The notes: generated from the letters alone by a model not told the origin. A DNA stretch of 64,000 nucleotides from an uncultured Planctomycetaceae bacterium (GCA_963813715.1 CAWFAK010000008.1:544001-608000), one strand, 5' to 3'; positions 23,263 to 36,015 are shown, numbered from the stretch's first letter. Translations and numbers: made by a program.

Positions 23263-24156
23263 ATGCGTTCGTTCATGTGGCTCGGTTGCGGCGTTTTGGC
23301 CCTCGTGGTTGCGGCACGCGGAGGGTCTCCCGCCACAAAGTCCGCATCAGGCTTGGGGTTGTGGCCCAACTCCGGTGAGGCGGCGAGCGATAGTTCGATT
23401 GAGGTGGCCGGCGTGACGCAGTGCGTTCCCGGGCGCCGCGCCAGCATTGCTCCGGTGCCGCTGCATCCCGTGGTGGATGTGAAGGTGGTTCCGGGCGATT
23501 ACGTTAAGAAGGGCCAATTACTCGTCAAATTGGATGACGACGAAGCACGGGCCGACGTGCGGGCGAAACAAGCGCAGCTCGAAAGCGCCCAGTACTCGGC
23601 CGCGGAAGCCCGCCGCTTTCTCACCAAGGCGCGAGCAAAGCAAGCCGTGCTGCCCGAGCAACGACTCCACGAGGCCGAGCTGGCCGTTCGCAAGTCGGAA
23701 GCCGACGAGCGCGCGGCGCGGGCCGCCCTGGACTCGTCCGAGGCCGAGCTGGAGCATTTCAGCGTCTCGGCCGTCATCGACGGCGTCGTGAGCTGGCTCG
23801 AGGTTTATCCGGGCCTGGTCTCGCGGCCCGGCACGTCGCTCTGGGGCGAAATCGTCGACATCCGCGAGCTCGACGTGCGCTGCGAGGTGACTTCGGAGCA
23901 AGCCGACGAGGTGTCGCTCGGCGAACCGGTCGAGCTACGCACGTCTGATGGGAAACGTGCCTTGCCGCTCGGCCACGTGATCTACATTGCTCCGGTTGCC
24001 GATCCCAAAACCAAGCAAGTGCCGATTCTGGTGCGAATCCACAACCGCGATCAGCGGGTTCGCTCCGGCATTTCTGTCGCGATGCGATTCGCGCCGCTTG
24101 GCGTCGATAGCAAGGCAGGTATCGACAACAAGTTAACGGCGGCCAAAGGCGAGTGA
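23263..24156 (+). CDS. Efflux RND periplasmic adaptor (membrane fusion protein)
   Basis: VVPGDYVKKGQLLVKLDD lipoyl motif, coiled coil, IDGVV, IAPVADPKT. Confidence 0.8.
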   Translation: MRSFMWLGCGVLALVVAARGGSPATKSASGLGLWPNSGEAASDSSIEVAGVTQCVPGRRASIAPVPLHPVVDVKVVPGDYVKKGQLLVKLDDDEARADVRAKQAQLESAQYSAAEARRFLTKARAKQAVLPEQRLHEAELAVRKSEADERAARAALDSSEAELEHFSVSAVIDGVVSWLEVYPGLVSRPGTSLWGEIVDIRELDVRCEVTSEQADEVSLGEPVELRTSDGKRALPLGHVIYIAPVADPKTKQVPILVRIHNRDQRVRSGISVAMRFAPLGVDSKAGIDNKLTAAKGE

Positions 24157-24235
24157 CTGGCGTTCCCGCATTTGCCGGAAGGCGAGAGCGCTCCCGTTTC
24201 GTGTCGGTGCGTTTGAGCTCTAGTCCAACGGCTGG

Positions 24236-24637
24236 CTAGCGTTTGCCCACGCGCTCCTTCGCTTCCAGCCGGGCGAGAATCGGACCGAGGGCGCGGGCAT
24301 CCGCGCCGCTGACCTTTCGGCTCTTGCTCGCATAGGCCAAGAGCGGGGCAATCCGCCCCTCGAGCGCGTCGTCGACGAACGTCCCCACGATTTGAGCCAA
24401 CAGCGTGGCCCGCGAGACGTTGCATTTATAGCGCAACAAATAGCCGACCTTGCTCCGCTTGAGATAGCCTTTTTGCGTCAGCCGTTCCATCACGGTGAGC
24501 ACGGTCGTGCGGGCGCGGCCCGTCTTCTTCTCGAAGTGGGCCGTGATGTCGCGAGCCAGGATTGTCCCGCCGTCGGCGACGTGCAGGAGAATGGCCCGTT
24601 CCAGGCTACCGAGATTGTGACGCAGATGTGCCATCAT
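24236..24637 (-). CDS. BlaI/MecI/CopY family regulator
   Basis: LGSLERAIL, ARTTVLTVMERLTQKGYL, FVDDALEG. Confidence 0.85.
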   Translation of the reverse strand: MMAHLRHNLGSLERAILLHVADGGTILARDITAHFEKKTGRARTTVLTVMERLTQKGYLKRSKVGYLLRYKCNVSRATLLAQIVGTFVDDALEGRIAPLLAYASKSRKVSGADARALGPILARLEAKERVGKR

Positions 24638-24875
24638 TGGGCCTCCGCCGACTACGCGTCTCGCCGCAGCCATTTTTCCCGCAGTCTATTTTTACAGTCG
24701 CGCAGGTCAAGAGGCCAGCGGGCGCCCCGGCGACACTCGTCGCGCGTGGGTGGCGCTGCTTCGAGAACAGAGGTTGAGGAAGAGAGGTTCAGGAGGAGAG
24801 ACCGACCGTACCGTCGGTCCCGCAATGTCCTGGCTCAGACTTACGAGAGTCGCCCGAGTGCGTCAAAATGGTGGC

Positions 24876-25391
24876 ATGATCACCACTCAGTTCCGCGGCC
24901 GTCAGTGGCTGGCGGCCTTCGTGCTGCTTGCGGCCCCAGTCTGCGTGTCTGCCTCGGCGGTCGCCTCCGATATCGAACTTTCGATCGACATCAAAGCGAA
25001 CGGGCAACATGTCCGCAGCACGCGCACCGAAATCGAACCGTCGCCGCAAAAGCCGCTCGCCCGGCCGGTGTGCCGTCTGAAGTTGCACAAGGACTTCAGC
25101 GTCAGTTGGAAGGCGACGAACGGCAGCAAGCGGGAGACATTCAAGGACGTGATGATTCACTGCGTCGTCGTGGCCGAAAACGAGCCCGGACAGCTCAAAG
25201 TGCCCTCGCTCAAAGATCCGACGCAAGAGGCGGCCCTGACCATGGACTTCAAGCCCGGCAGCAGCGCGTCGGGCAAATTCTCGCTCACGATCGACGAACC
25301 GGGAGCCTATTTACTGCGAGTCGAGACTCGCGAAATGCTCGCCACGCACGGCCATGAACACTACGCGGCCATTGATTTGGTGTGCGAATAG
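24876..25391 (+). CDS. Hypothetical exported protein
   Basis: Signal-like N-terminus; EAALTMDFKPG, GAYLLRVET, HEHYAAIDL; start uncertain. Confidence 0.55.
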   Translation: MITTQFRGRQWLAAFVLLAAPVCVSASAVASDIELSIDIKANGQHVRSTRTEIEPSPQKPLARPVCRLKLHKDFSVSWKATNGSKRETFKDVMIHCVVVAENEPGQLKVPSLKDPTQEAALTMDFKPGSSASGKFSLTIDEPGAYLLRVETREMLATHGHEHYAAIDLVCE

Positions 25392-25602
25392 CGTTCTCGG
25401 CCTACTCGTCGCCGGCTTCCTCGTTGCCGCGACCGGGCGCGGAGCGAACCTGCCCGCATCAATCCGCGGGTAATTGCTGGCCCTAATAGTGAAGCGTCGC
25501 CCGTCGCGACGAAGGCCGTCTTCTCATCGATGGCTCGGTCTCACTCGATAGGCCCCGCGGCATGGCGATTTCGCTTTCGGTGCCGATTTTTTTCTTGATT
25601 TG

Positions 25603-25645
25603 ACGAACATATTCGTTATCCTGGGGCGAATACGAACATATTCGT
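25603..25645. promoter_or_regulatory. Tandem BlaI-type operators
   Basis: Two identical palindromes ACGAA-CATA-TTCGT (25603-25616, 25632-25645) just upstream of blaI. Confidence 0.75.
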
Positions 25646-25666
25646 CGACCCCTCCAGGATGCTGCG

Positions 25667-26056
25667 ATGCCCAGAAGTCCGTCGAGCCGGCCAAACGACG
25701 TCGAGCTGGCCATTCTTCGCGTCATCTGGAGTCGCGAGGCCTGCACGGTCCGCGAGGTGCACGACGCCCTGCGGGCCGAGCGCGATACCGGCTACACCAG
25801 CACCCTCAAGATGATGCAGGTGATGTGTGAAAAAGGGCTGCTCAAGCGGGAAGATTCCCAGCGGCCCCAGGTCTATCGGCCGGCCATCCCCCAAGAGCAG
25901 ACGCAGAAAAAAATCGTACGCGACCTCGTCAAGACGGTGTTTGGAGGCTCGGCCCGCAAGCTGGTTATGCAGGCCGTGCAATCGCACAAAATCAGCCGCC
26001 AGGAATTGAAGGAAATCCGCAACTTGCTGGATCAGCTCGAGGAGGGCCAGACATGA
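25667..26056 (+). CDS. BlaI/MecI/CopY family repressor
   Basis: ELAILRVIW, TVREVH, GYTSTLKMMQVMCEKGLL, FGGSARKLV. Confidence 0.92.
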   Translation: MPRSPSSRPNDVELAILRVIWSREACTVREVHDALRAERDTGYTSTLKMMQVMCEKGLLKREDSQRPQVYRPAIPQEQTQKKIVRDLVKTVFGGSARKLVMQAVQSHKISRQELKEIRNLLDQLEEGQT

Positions 26057-29000
26057 ACGCGCTGCGGACTCTCGTCGACTCGCCGGTGATTGAGCGTTTG
26101 GGTTGGACGTTGTTGCACTCGGTCTGGCAGGGGCTGGCGGTGGCGATCGTGCTCGCGCTGTGTTTGCCGCTGCTGCGACGGCGCGGTGCGCGGGCGTCGT
26201 ACGGGGCTTGCTGCGGTGCCCTGCTGCTCAGCGTGTTTTTGCCGGCGATGACGTACTGTCTGCTGCCCGAACCGCAAAGGCCCGTGACCATGCCCGGCGC
26301 GTCGGCGCCCGAACGAAGTCAGCCGGTCGCATCGGAGCCGACGCCGGCAGCGCGTCCGATCCCGAGCATGGCCATTGCACCGCTGGATGATTTTGCCAGA
26401 GACGGCTTCGATCGCGCACCGAAGGAACAGTCCCGCACCGCACCCTCCGCGGGTCAGCAGGCGTCGATCGCGCAACCTGCGAAGAGCGTCTCTTCCCCGA
26501 AGACGTCCCCCGCACAGGCGTCCTCGCCGCCCCCGTCGGTTCCGGCCGCATCATGGATCGATCGCGGCGCCGCACTCGCGCACAGACTTCGTGATCGACT
26601 GTCGCAATGGATGGCTTGGATCGTTCTGGTCTGGAGCGTCGGAGTGTTGGGACTGTCGCTTTGGAACGTGGGAGGCTGGTTCGCGGCACGTCGGCTCAAA
26701 AAGAGCGGAACCATTCCGGCCCCGGTCGCGATCCAACGAGCCGCAGTCCGCATCGCCGAGCAACTTGGCCTCACACGCGGCGTGCGGCTGTTGCAGTCAG
26801 CCCTCGTCGATTCGCCGGTGGTAATCGGCGCGCTCAAGCCCGTCATCCTCCTGCCGGCGAGCCTGGTCACGGAGATTCCGACCGATCAGCTGGAATCGCT
26901 CTTGGCCCACGAGTTGGCTCATGTGCTGCGGCACGACTACCTCGTCAACCTGATCCAATCCGCGATCGAGACGCTGCTCTTCTATCATCCGGCCGTCTGG
27001 TGGATTTCGGCCCAGGTGCGAGCCGAGCGCGAGAACTGTTGCGACGACCTGGCGCTCGCCGTCGCCTCCGATCGGGCCGTTTACGTGCGGGCGCTAGCCA
27101 GCGTCGCGGGTGTGCGCCCTTCGCGAGTCGTGCCTGCCGCGTCCGGCGGCCGACTGATCGTGCCGCCTGCAGCGAATCCTGGGGGTCGTCGATCCAGTGG
27201 CCGCGCATCCGTCGCGCTGGTTGACCGGCGTGGCGATTCTCTCGCTGTGCGGGGCGGCAATCGCATTCTCTGCTCTTAGTTCGCATCCCGTGAAGGCGCA
27301 GGCTCCCGCGCCGCAGGAGCAGAAGAAGCCGGACTCGAATTCGGGGCAGTCGAAAGCCCCGCAACAAAAAGTTCCGCAGTCCAAACCCGAAGCCGGGAAG
27401 AACGAGAGGGTCAAGCCGCGGATCCCGGCAAAGTCGCCCCAGGCGCCGGTCCCCGCGTCCGCCGCCGCACCGCCGGAAGCATTTAAGGAGCCGCAATTCC
27501 CGACGAAGGGGCAGATGCAGATTCGGGTCATCGATGCGGCGGGAAAGCCGATCCCCCAGGCCTTCATCCAGACTTCCATCTGGACCGAAGAAAAAAACTT
27601 CCGCGCGAATCGGAATTACAAATGCGATTCGCAGGGCGTCACCACGATCGTCTTGCCAAAAACTTTGTCGATTCTGCGGATCTGGACTTCAAAGCGCGGC
27701 TATGTTGGAGAGTTCCAGAATTTCCAGACCAATACGCGCGTCCACGAGTTGAAGATCCCGGACGAATTTGTCGTCCGTCTCTCCAAAGGAGCGAGCCTTC
27801 GCGGCATCGTGAAGAACGAAAAAGGGGAGCCGGTTCAGGGCGCCCGGATCGAATGGGAATGGCCGGCCAACGAATTGGTGCAGAGCGATGCCCAGGGGCG
27901 CTGGCAGGTCGACGACGTGCGGCCTGGCAACAAATACGAGGTGAAAGCGATTCACCCGGACTACGTCGGCAACGAAGTCGGCGGCGGATGGAGCAGCCAA
28001 AAGGTCACTGCAGCGGTGGGAATCACCGAAGTGCCGGCAATCATCCTGCGTCGCGGGATTCGCGCCCTGGTGAGGGTGACCGATCCTTCGGGCAAGCCGG
28101 TTCAAGGCGCCGCCGTGATCTGGGGAGACAATCCGTATTTTCGGGCGCGCGACACAGCCGCGCTCACCGATGCGAAAGGCTTTTGCAGTTTGCCGGCGTT
28201 TCCCGACGGGCCGATGCGAATCAGCGTGGTGCTCAAAGACTGGATGCCCGATTCGCGAGAGGTCAACATCGCGCCGAACATGCGTCCGGTCGATTTTCAA
28301 CTGCGACCCGGCAGGAAACTGCGGATTCGGTTCGTCGACCGGGCTGGCGCTCCCCTCCCTGGCGTTTTCGTTTCAATCGAAGGCTGGCGCGGCGTTCGCA
28401 ACCTCGCGTCGAACGTGAACGGCGTCGTGAAGTTCAAGATCCCGAACACCTCTGACAAGCAGGGGATCTTCGAGTGGGATTGGGCGCCCGACGATGCCGT
28501 CAACTACGGCTTCGGCATCGAGGGTTTCGCGGACATGGAGCAGGCGCTGACCGCCGACGGCCGGGAGCACGTCGTCACCTTCAACCGCGAGTTGCACATT
28601 TCGGGACGCGTACGCGACGCGGTCACGGGGCGCAATATCGAAAAGTTCGTCGTTGTGCCCGTCATCCATTTTCGGCCCGATTTTCCGGACCTCGATCGCC
28701 GCCAATCGCGGCAGGGGAAAGCGGGCACTTTTGCGATGGCATTCGACCGCACCGATATCGAGCACGGCGTCCAGATCGAGGCGCCCGGCTACAAGACGTA
28801 CCGCACGAGCGAGCGCTATCCCATCGGCGGCCCGGACCGCGTCCTCGACATCCGATTACGGCCCGCGCCGCATTACACCGGACGGGTCCTCGGCCCCGAC
28901 GGTCGGCCCGTTCAAGGAGTCCGCGTTGCCCTTTCGTCGCGCTTGGAGCAACTCGACGGAGACATCTTCAACGAGCGCGCCTTCAACAAGCCGAAAAAAG

Positions 29001-32000
29001 ACGAAGACGACGACAACGACGACTCAAACAAACGTGGGACGTCTGGCCGCAACGGCGCGTTTGAGATCGCTTCGCAACTGGAACCGTATGTGTTGGTCAT
29101 CGTCACGCGCGAAGGCTTCGCCGAAGTCAATCGGCGGGCGGACCAGCTTCCGGGCGAGATTCGCCTCCAGCGCTGGGCGTCGCTCACTGGGCGGCTCGTG
29201 CAGTCGGGAAAGCCAGTCGCCGATTGCGACATCGTTCTCCGCCCCATTCGTCCGATGGGCGGGGATGAGCCTCACAATTTCTCGCAATTGACCGCGAAGA
29301 CCGCAGCCGACGGCTCGTTCGCGTTTCCGCGAGTTCCACCCGTGCCGTGCAGCGTCGAAGGCTTTCTGCATTGGAGCGTCAAGTCGCCACTGACGGCCAG
29401 CCGATCCGTGCCGTTGCATCCTGCCCCTGGTGAAGATGTCCATGTCGAACTTGGGGCCGGCGGAATCGAGGTGACCGGCCAGTTGGTCGCCGAGAATCAG
29501 CCGCCCGGATTCGACTATCACTTCGGCCTCAACTATCTCGTGGCGCGGCGGCCGGGGATCGAACCGCCGGAATTTCTTGCCGGAAAAGGATTCGATTGGA
29601 AGCGCGGCTGGAACGACTCTTGGCTGCACTCGTCCGAAGGCGGCGCGTACCTCAACACGCTGCATCAGTGGTTCGTCAAACCCGAGCCGGACGGTCGATT
29701 CCACATCTCGGGAGTCGAGCCGGGCACGTATGACTTCGCCGTCAACCTCTACGGGACGACGGAAGGCTGCCTGGTGCATCCGATCGCGACGGGGGTCGTG
29801 CACTTCACCGTCAAACCGGGCGACAAACAGCTCGACTTGGGCAAAGTTTCGATCCCCTCGTTCACGCTGCCAAAAGTCGGCGACGTTGCCGCCGACTTCG
29901 AGTTTGCCGCACCCGACGGCACCAAATCTCATCTCGCCGCGTTGCGGGGAAAATACGTCTCTGATCGATTTCTGGGCGACATGGTGCGGCCCATGTGTCG
30001 CGAAGCTCGACGAGATCGAGCGCTTGCGAAAAGAGTTCCGCGCGGACAAGGAGCTGGTCGTCGTCGGAGCCAATCTCGATTCGGATCCGGAACGGACCCG
30101 CGAATTCCTCAAATCGAAACCACTCCCGTGGCAGCACGCCTTGCTGGGCGACTGGGCCAATACCGACGTGCCGCGGCGTTACGCGATTTCAAGCGTGCCG
30201 GCCTGCGTGTTGATCGATCCGCAAGGCCGCATCCTCGCGAGCGAGTACTCGCTCGAGTCGCTCGAAGGAAAGTTGAAAGATCTCTCCAAAAAGCCGATCA
30301 CGTCACCGACCAAGACCGAAAAGCCGCAGGCGCAGAAATCCACGCAGACAATGCAAATCGCGGCGGCCGATCCCAAAGCGGCCAAAGCCGACTCTCAGGC
30401 GTCCAAAGCAGCCGAGGCGCTGGACGCTGCGCACCCACGGTCAAATGCGGGTCGAAGTCGTCGATGATGCCGGCAAGCCGGTGGCGGATGCCGTTGTCCG
30501 AGTCGAGGCGGGGACGGTCGACGACTTGGAGGATAAACGCGCCTACGAGTGCGATGCGCATGGACGGACCACCGTTGAATTGCCCAAAACCGTCTCTGGT
30601 CTGCGCCTCTCCGCCTCCAAGCCGGGTTTTTGTGCCGAGCAAAAGAGCTTTTGGCCCAAGAATCGAACCGATCACTCGTTCATCGCGGACGAACATCGAT
30701 TTCGGCTCGTCCGCCCAATCCCGATCGGCGGGATTGTGAAGGACGACGAGGGGCGAATGATTGCAGGGGCGAGGCTGCGGTTCTTCGATCCGGGCGCCTA
30801 CCGAAATATCGACGCGATTTGCGACGCACAGGGGCACTGGCGTCTCGACGCGCGCCCCGATCGAGGCACGCAGCTCAATAGCGTGACGCATCCCGACTAT
30901 CTCGCCAATTACCTGTCGAACGCGCACTCATCGCAGCAAAACGTGACCGACGACGCGCTCCGGTCGCAGAAAGCCGTCGTAGTGATGCGCAAGGGCGTTT
31001 CCGTCCGAGGCCGAGTCACCGATACCGGCGGAAAGCCGGTCCCCGACGCGGCCGTCTTTTGGGGACCGGGCGGGAGAAACATGGGTTCGGAACAGTGTCG
31101 CACCGACCAAGCCGGACAGTTCCGGTTTCAAGTCGCGACGACGGGACCGCAGAAAGTGGCCGTCGTCGCCAAAGGCTGGATGCCAGACCAGCAGGCAGTT
31201 CTGGTCTCGCCCACAATGCCCTCCGTCGACTTTCAGTTGAAAGCCGGCAGGAAACTCCGATTGCGAATCGTCGACCGCTCCGGCGCGCCGGTCCCCGGCG
31301 TCTTGACGACGGTCGAAACCTGGCGCGGCGCCTACTTGATCGACAACCGTCCCTCCTATGGTCCCGATGCCGTCGACATTCCGTCACGCACCGACAAAGA
31401 CGGCCGGCTCGAATGGGATTCGGCACCGGACGACCCTGTGACTTTCAGCCTCGGGAAGCAGGGCTACGCGAATACCGAAGTGACGGTCACGGCCGACGGG
31501 AGCGAGCAGACGCGGGCCATCACTCCGTCGTTGCACATTTCGGGCAGCGTCGTCGACGCAAAGACCGGGCGACCGATCGATCATTTCCAAGTCATCCCGA
31601 TCCAGTATCCGACTCCCGAAATCCCAACTCTGTTGCGAGGCGACGGCTGGGGGGGCGGCACACGAGAGGTCCAATTCCTCGGGGGAGGGCGATTTGACAC
31701 GCAGTGCGGGCGCGCGGACGTCGAACATGGTGTCCAGATCGAAGCACGCGGGTACAAGACCTTCCGAGATCCCCACCGATACCGCATTGGCGACCCGAAT
31801 CCCGAGCTGGCGGTGCGCCTTGAGCCGAGCGATCGATTCCGCGGACGCATTGTGGATGCGGCCGGCCATCCCGCGTCGGAAGCGAGGATCCTGGTGCAGA
31901 CGTGGTCCGAGGGAGGATTTTCGATGGATCTCTCGTCTTTGACGACCTCCAGAAACCTCCATCACACAATCGACGTCGATAACGACGGCGCGTTCGAAAT

Positions 32001-33330
32001 CCCGGCGCCGATTGAGCCGTACGTTCTCCAAGTCGTCGCGCCAAGCGGTTATGCCGAGGTCGAGCGTACGGCAACCGAATTGCCGGGAGAACTTCGCATC
32101 AAACCGTGGGCCCGCCTGACGGGGCGCCTGCTGCAATCGGGAAAATCCGTGGCAAGCGTACCGCTCATCGTCGAACCAATCAGGGTCCACGCAACGGGCC
32201 TTCCTCGCGCCTACGCGATCCGGCAGGGCGTGACGAAAGTGGATGGTTCATTCGTCATCGATCGCGTGCCGCCGATCCCGTCCTCCATCCAGGCGCAGCT
32301 GCATTTTGCAACGCCTTCGCCGCTCAAATCGTCACAATCGGTGCCGCTGCAATTGAAGCCGGGCGAAACCATCGACCTCACGCTGGGCGGCAACGGCAGC
32401 GAGATCACCGGACAGCTCGTGGCCGAAAACCAACCCACCAATTTCGATTATCACTTCGCGATCAACTACCTCGTCGCGAAGCGGCCCGGGATCGAACCGC
32501 CCAAGACTTTGACCGGAAAAGATTTTGATTGGAAGCGAGGCTGGAGCGACGCCTGGCGCACGACCGCGGAGGGACAGACGTATCTCAAAACGCTCGAGCA
32601 CTGGTTCGTGAAGCCCGAGCCGGACGGACGCTTTTCGATCTCGGGAGTTCCGCCGGGCGAGTATGATTTCGGCGTGGCGTTATTCGGCGCGACCGAGGGG
32701 TGCCTGGTCCATCCGGTTGCTTCCCGCGTCGTTCACGTCTCAGTGAAACCAGGACAGAAGCAGCTCGCTCTGGGCAAGTTATCGATTCCGTCGCTCACTC
32801 CCCCGAAGGTCGGCGACCTGGCCGGCGCGTTCGAGTTCGAGACGCCCAACGGCACCAAGACCAGCGTGGCCGCCTTCCGCGGCAGCTACGTGCTGATCGA
32901 CTTTTGGGCGACCTGGTGCGGCCCGTGCGTGGCAAAGCTCGATACGGTCGAACATCTGCGGCACCAATTTGTCGGAGATCACCCGCTCGTCGTCATCGGC
33001 GCGAATCTCGATGCCGACACGGCAACGGCACGCAACTTCCTCAAATCCAAACCGCTCCCCTGGCAGCACGCCCTCTTGGGGGACTGGGCGAACACCGATG
33101 TGCCGCGCCGCTACGCAGTCTCGAACGTCCCCGCCTACGTGCTGATCGATCCCGCAGGCCGCATCCTGGCGAGCGAGTATTCGCTCGAGGCAATCGAGGC
33201 GAAGCTCAAAACTCGTCGCCGACAAGCCGAGCAGTCCCCCGGCGAAGGCCGGCAAGCCGCAGACGAGTCTCTCGCCAAAGCCGACTCCGGTGGCGGGTCG
33301 CGGAATCCAAGCCGCCTTGAGTCGGCTCTA
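26053..33330 (+). CDS. Giant BlaR1/M56 peptidase fusion with two carboxypeptidase-regulatory-repeat + TlpA thioredoxin modules (frameshifts near 27165, 29960, 30440, 33210)
   Basis: LGWTLLHSVWQG, LAHELAH, FYHPAVWW, RENCCD; two LIDFWATWCGPC domains; ORFs 26053, 27197, 29577 and 30445 overlap in series. Confidence 0.75.
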
Positions 33331-33457
33331 AAGCTCGAAAAGCTTTCGAGCGTCCTGGATTGCGGAGTCGCCGCCACGTGCCGGTGGCCGTCGCGAACCC
33401 CGATGCCGTTCGCCGTGTCGCCTCCGGAATCGGTAACACTTCCCGGGGGAATGACTC

Positions 33458-34219
33458 ATGAATGCCAGCGGCGGCGATTGGTTTGAGTCTGACGCGTTTT
33501 GGGAGCGGTTTTATCCGTTCATGTTCGCCGAGCCGCAGTTTGCGCTGGCGGCGGAGAATGTGCCCAAGATCGTCGCTCTTTCGGGAGTTGGCGGCGGCAG
33601 CCTGCTCGATTTGGCGTGTGGACCGGGGCGTTATGTCGTGCCGTTTGCGCAGGCCGGCTTTCGCGTGACGGGGGTCGACCGGACCCGGTGTTTGCTCGAG
33701 CGGGGGCGCGAGCGGGCGACGCAGATCGGCGTGGAAGCCGAGTGGGTCGCTGCGGACATGCGCGAGTTCGTGCGGCCCGCGGCTTTCGACCTGGCGATTA
33801 ACGTCTTCACGTCGTTTGGCTATTTCGACGATCCGGCCGAGAATCGCCGGGTGCTGGAGAATATTTTCGCCAGCCTCAAGCCGGGCGGGACGTTCGTGTT
33901 TGAGGCCGTCGGCAAGGAAATCCTCGCGGGGAAGTTTCAGCCGACGCAGGCTGAGACGCTGGCCGACGGCACGGTGATGATCCAGCGCCGGACGGTGATC
34001 GACGACTGGTCGCGGATCGACGTCGAGTGGATTTTGCTCAACGAAGGGCGGGCATCGAGCTACCGCCTGCGTCACTGGATTTACTCCGGTCGCGAAATCC
34101 TCGATTTGTTCGCCAACGTCGGCTTCACTGGCGTCGTACTCTACGGCGGACTGGACGGGTCGCCGTACGGCCCGCAGGCGCAACGGCTGGCGGCCGTGGC
34201 CAAGAAGCCCCACGCCTAG
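33458..34219 (+). CDS. Class I SAM-dependent methyltransferase
   Basis: LLDLACGPGR, ADMREF, FTSFGYF. Confidence 0.9.
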   Translation: MNASGGDWFESDAFWERFYPFMFAEPQFALAAENVPKIVALSGVGGGSLLDLACGPGRYVVPFAQAGFRVTGVDRTRCLLERGRERATQIGVEAEWVAADMREFVRPAAFDLAINVFTSFGYFDDPAENRRVLENIFASLKPGGTFVFEAVGKEILAGKFQPTQAETLADGTVMIQRRTVIDDWSRIDVEWILLNEGRASSYRLRHWIYSGREILDLFANVGFTGVVLYGGLDGSPYGPQAQRLAAVAKKPHA

Positions 34220-34364
34220 GCCCCGCCCGGTCTCCGGCCCCTGGCGGCGTGTGCCGCGCTCCTCTTGTATGATTGGTGGAGACCTCGCTGCGCGGCCGAG
34301 AGATTTCCCGCCGGGAAATCCCCGGTTGGGCGGCATTCTTCCGACCGCGGGCAGGGCCGACTGA

Positions 34365-35754
34365 ATGAAAGCAATCGCCTGGCTGATCGTTGCCGGAATC
34401 GGCATCGGCCTTGCGGTCTGGACCTATCGAGCGGAACGCCCGAGCGAATTCACGCCAATTTCGTCCGGCGTGATCGTCGCGGCCCGCTCGTCCGCGCAGC
34501 GGTTCGACCAGCCGGTTCCCTTTCCGACAGCCAAGGCGCGGGTGCTGTCGCTTCCCGTGATGGGAATCTCCGCCATGCTCGGCATGTCGTCGGGAGGCGG
34601 AGGCGACTCGGGTCGCGGCCTGCGGTTCCAGCTTTCGGAAAAGCTGATTCAGGTGTCGCTGCCCGACGCGGGGATTCGCGAAAGCAGCCTGGCGTGGGGC
34701 AAGCTGCCGCGGATGGAGCGGAACGAAGTTCTTGCCGGCGCGGAGGCCGCTCATCAGGACCGCTTCGAGATCGACGGGACGGAGTACAAGATCACCGGCG
34801 GGCTCGCGCGCGAAGCGGGGCTGTTCACGCGCTGCTACGTGCTGCCGGAGGCCGATCGCACGGGCGAGCACGGCGACGAGGGGAACTCGAGCTTTCGGGC
34901 CGCGCTCTTGATCCCGATGGATGCCTGGCAACTCGCCAAGCGAGAGACGAATGAGCAACTCAACGGGCTGTTTCCCGCCAAAGAGTTCGATCGCGTTTCG
35001 TGCGTGCCCAGCACGTCGCCGCGGGCCTTTTCGCTGATCCTCTTGGGCCAGGGGCTGTTGCTGTTGGGAGGCTCGGGCTTCTTGATCGCAGTTTACGCGG
35101 CTGCCGCGTCCCGCGTTCGCTGGTCCGTGCTCCGCGATCCGCTCGTCGCGCTCTCCACGCATCGGCGGCTCAACTGGGGAGTGCACCTCAGTTATTTCGG
35201 GCTTTATTTAGTCACGGCGTGCCTGGTCTACCGCACGCCCGATGTTCACAACGCAATGCAGGCGATCGTGCAAGGTCAACTGCGGCAGGGAGGCGGACTG
35301 CTGCAGTATGCGGCGAGCGCCCTACTCGACGGGCAATATTGCCTGGGCCGCGCTCGTCACGTTTTCCATCAATTTCGTCGTCGGTTCGCTCGTCTTCCTG
35401 ACGCTGCCTTCGTGCGTCGTTCCGGGGAGCGGGGTAATCCTGGCCGTGTTCCGAGCGATCTCCTGGGGACTGTTGTTGGGACCGGCCACCTGGCAGCAGG
35501 CGCTCGTCATGCTGCCCCACTCGGGCACCCTCCTGCTCGAGGGGGAGGGATACATCCTTGCCACGTTTTTCGGACTGATGATGGCGCAGCTGGTTTTTCA
35601 CCGCGATTCAACGGCAAGCGTGCGCTCGAACTATACTCAAGGCATCCTGCTCAATTTGAGGGGCAGCGTTTTAGTGGCGCTCGTGCTGGCCGTGGCGGCA
35701 ATTTACGAGTCGAGCGAAGTGATTTGGATGATGAAACACTTGGGGACCGGCTGA
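34365..35754 (+). CDS. Membrane protein with C-terminal SpoIIM-like domain (frameshift near 35320)
   Basis: TF.INF, LPHSGTLLLEGEGY, AAIYE motifs in ORF 35242..35754. Confidence 0.55.
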
Positions 35755-35782
35755 CCGCACCGCGATTTGCGAAAGGGTCTCA

Positions 35783-35989
35783 ATGCTGGAGAATCGGAGC
35801 CTCAGCATCCTGGAGGAGCCGCTGGCACCGCCTTGGTTTGGCCGGTGCCCGACTTGCCGTCGCTGGTTCGTTTTCCGGCAGGTCAGGCAGCACTCCGATT
35901 CGCTCTCGCGGACTGTGCAGATGTGGCGCTGCCAGCGCTGTGGTTACGAAGAAACGTTCGCCGACCAGCATCCTCCTCACGCGATTTAG
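35783..35989 (+). CDS. Small putative Zn-ribbon protein
   Basis: CPTC...CQRC in 68 aa, co-oriented between two genes. Confidence 0.5.
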   Translation: MLENRSLSILEEPLAPPWFGRCPTCRRWFVFRQVRQHSDSLSRTVQMWRCQRCGYEETFADQHPPHAI

Positions 35990-36015
35990 AATCAACGCTT
36001 AGCGAGACAACTACG

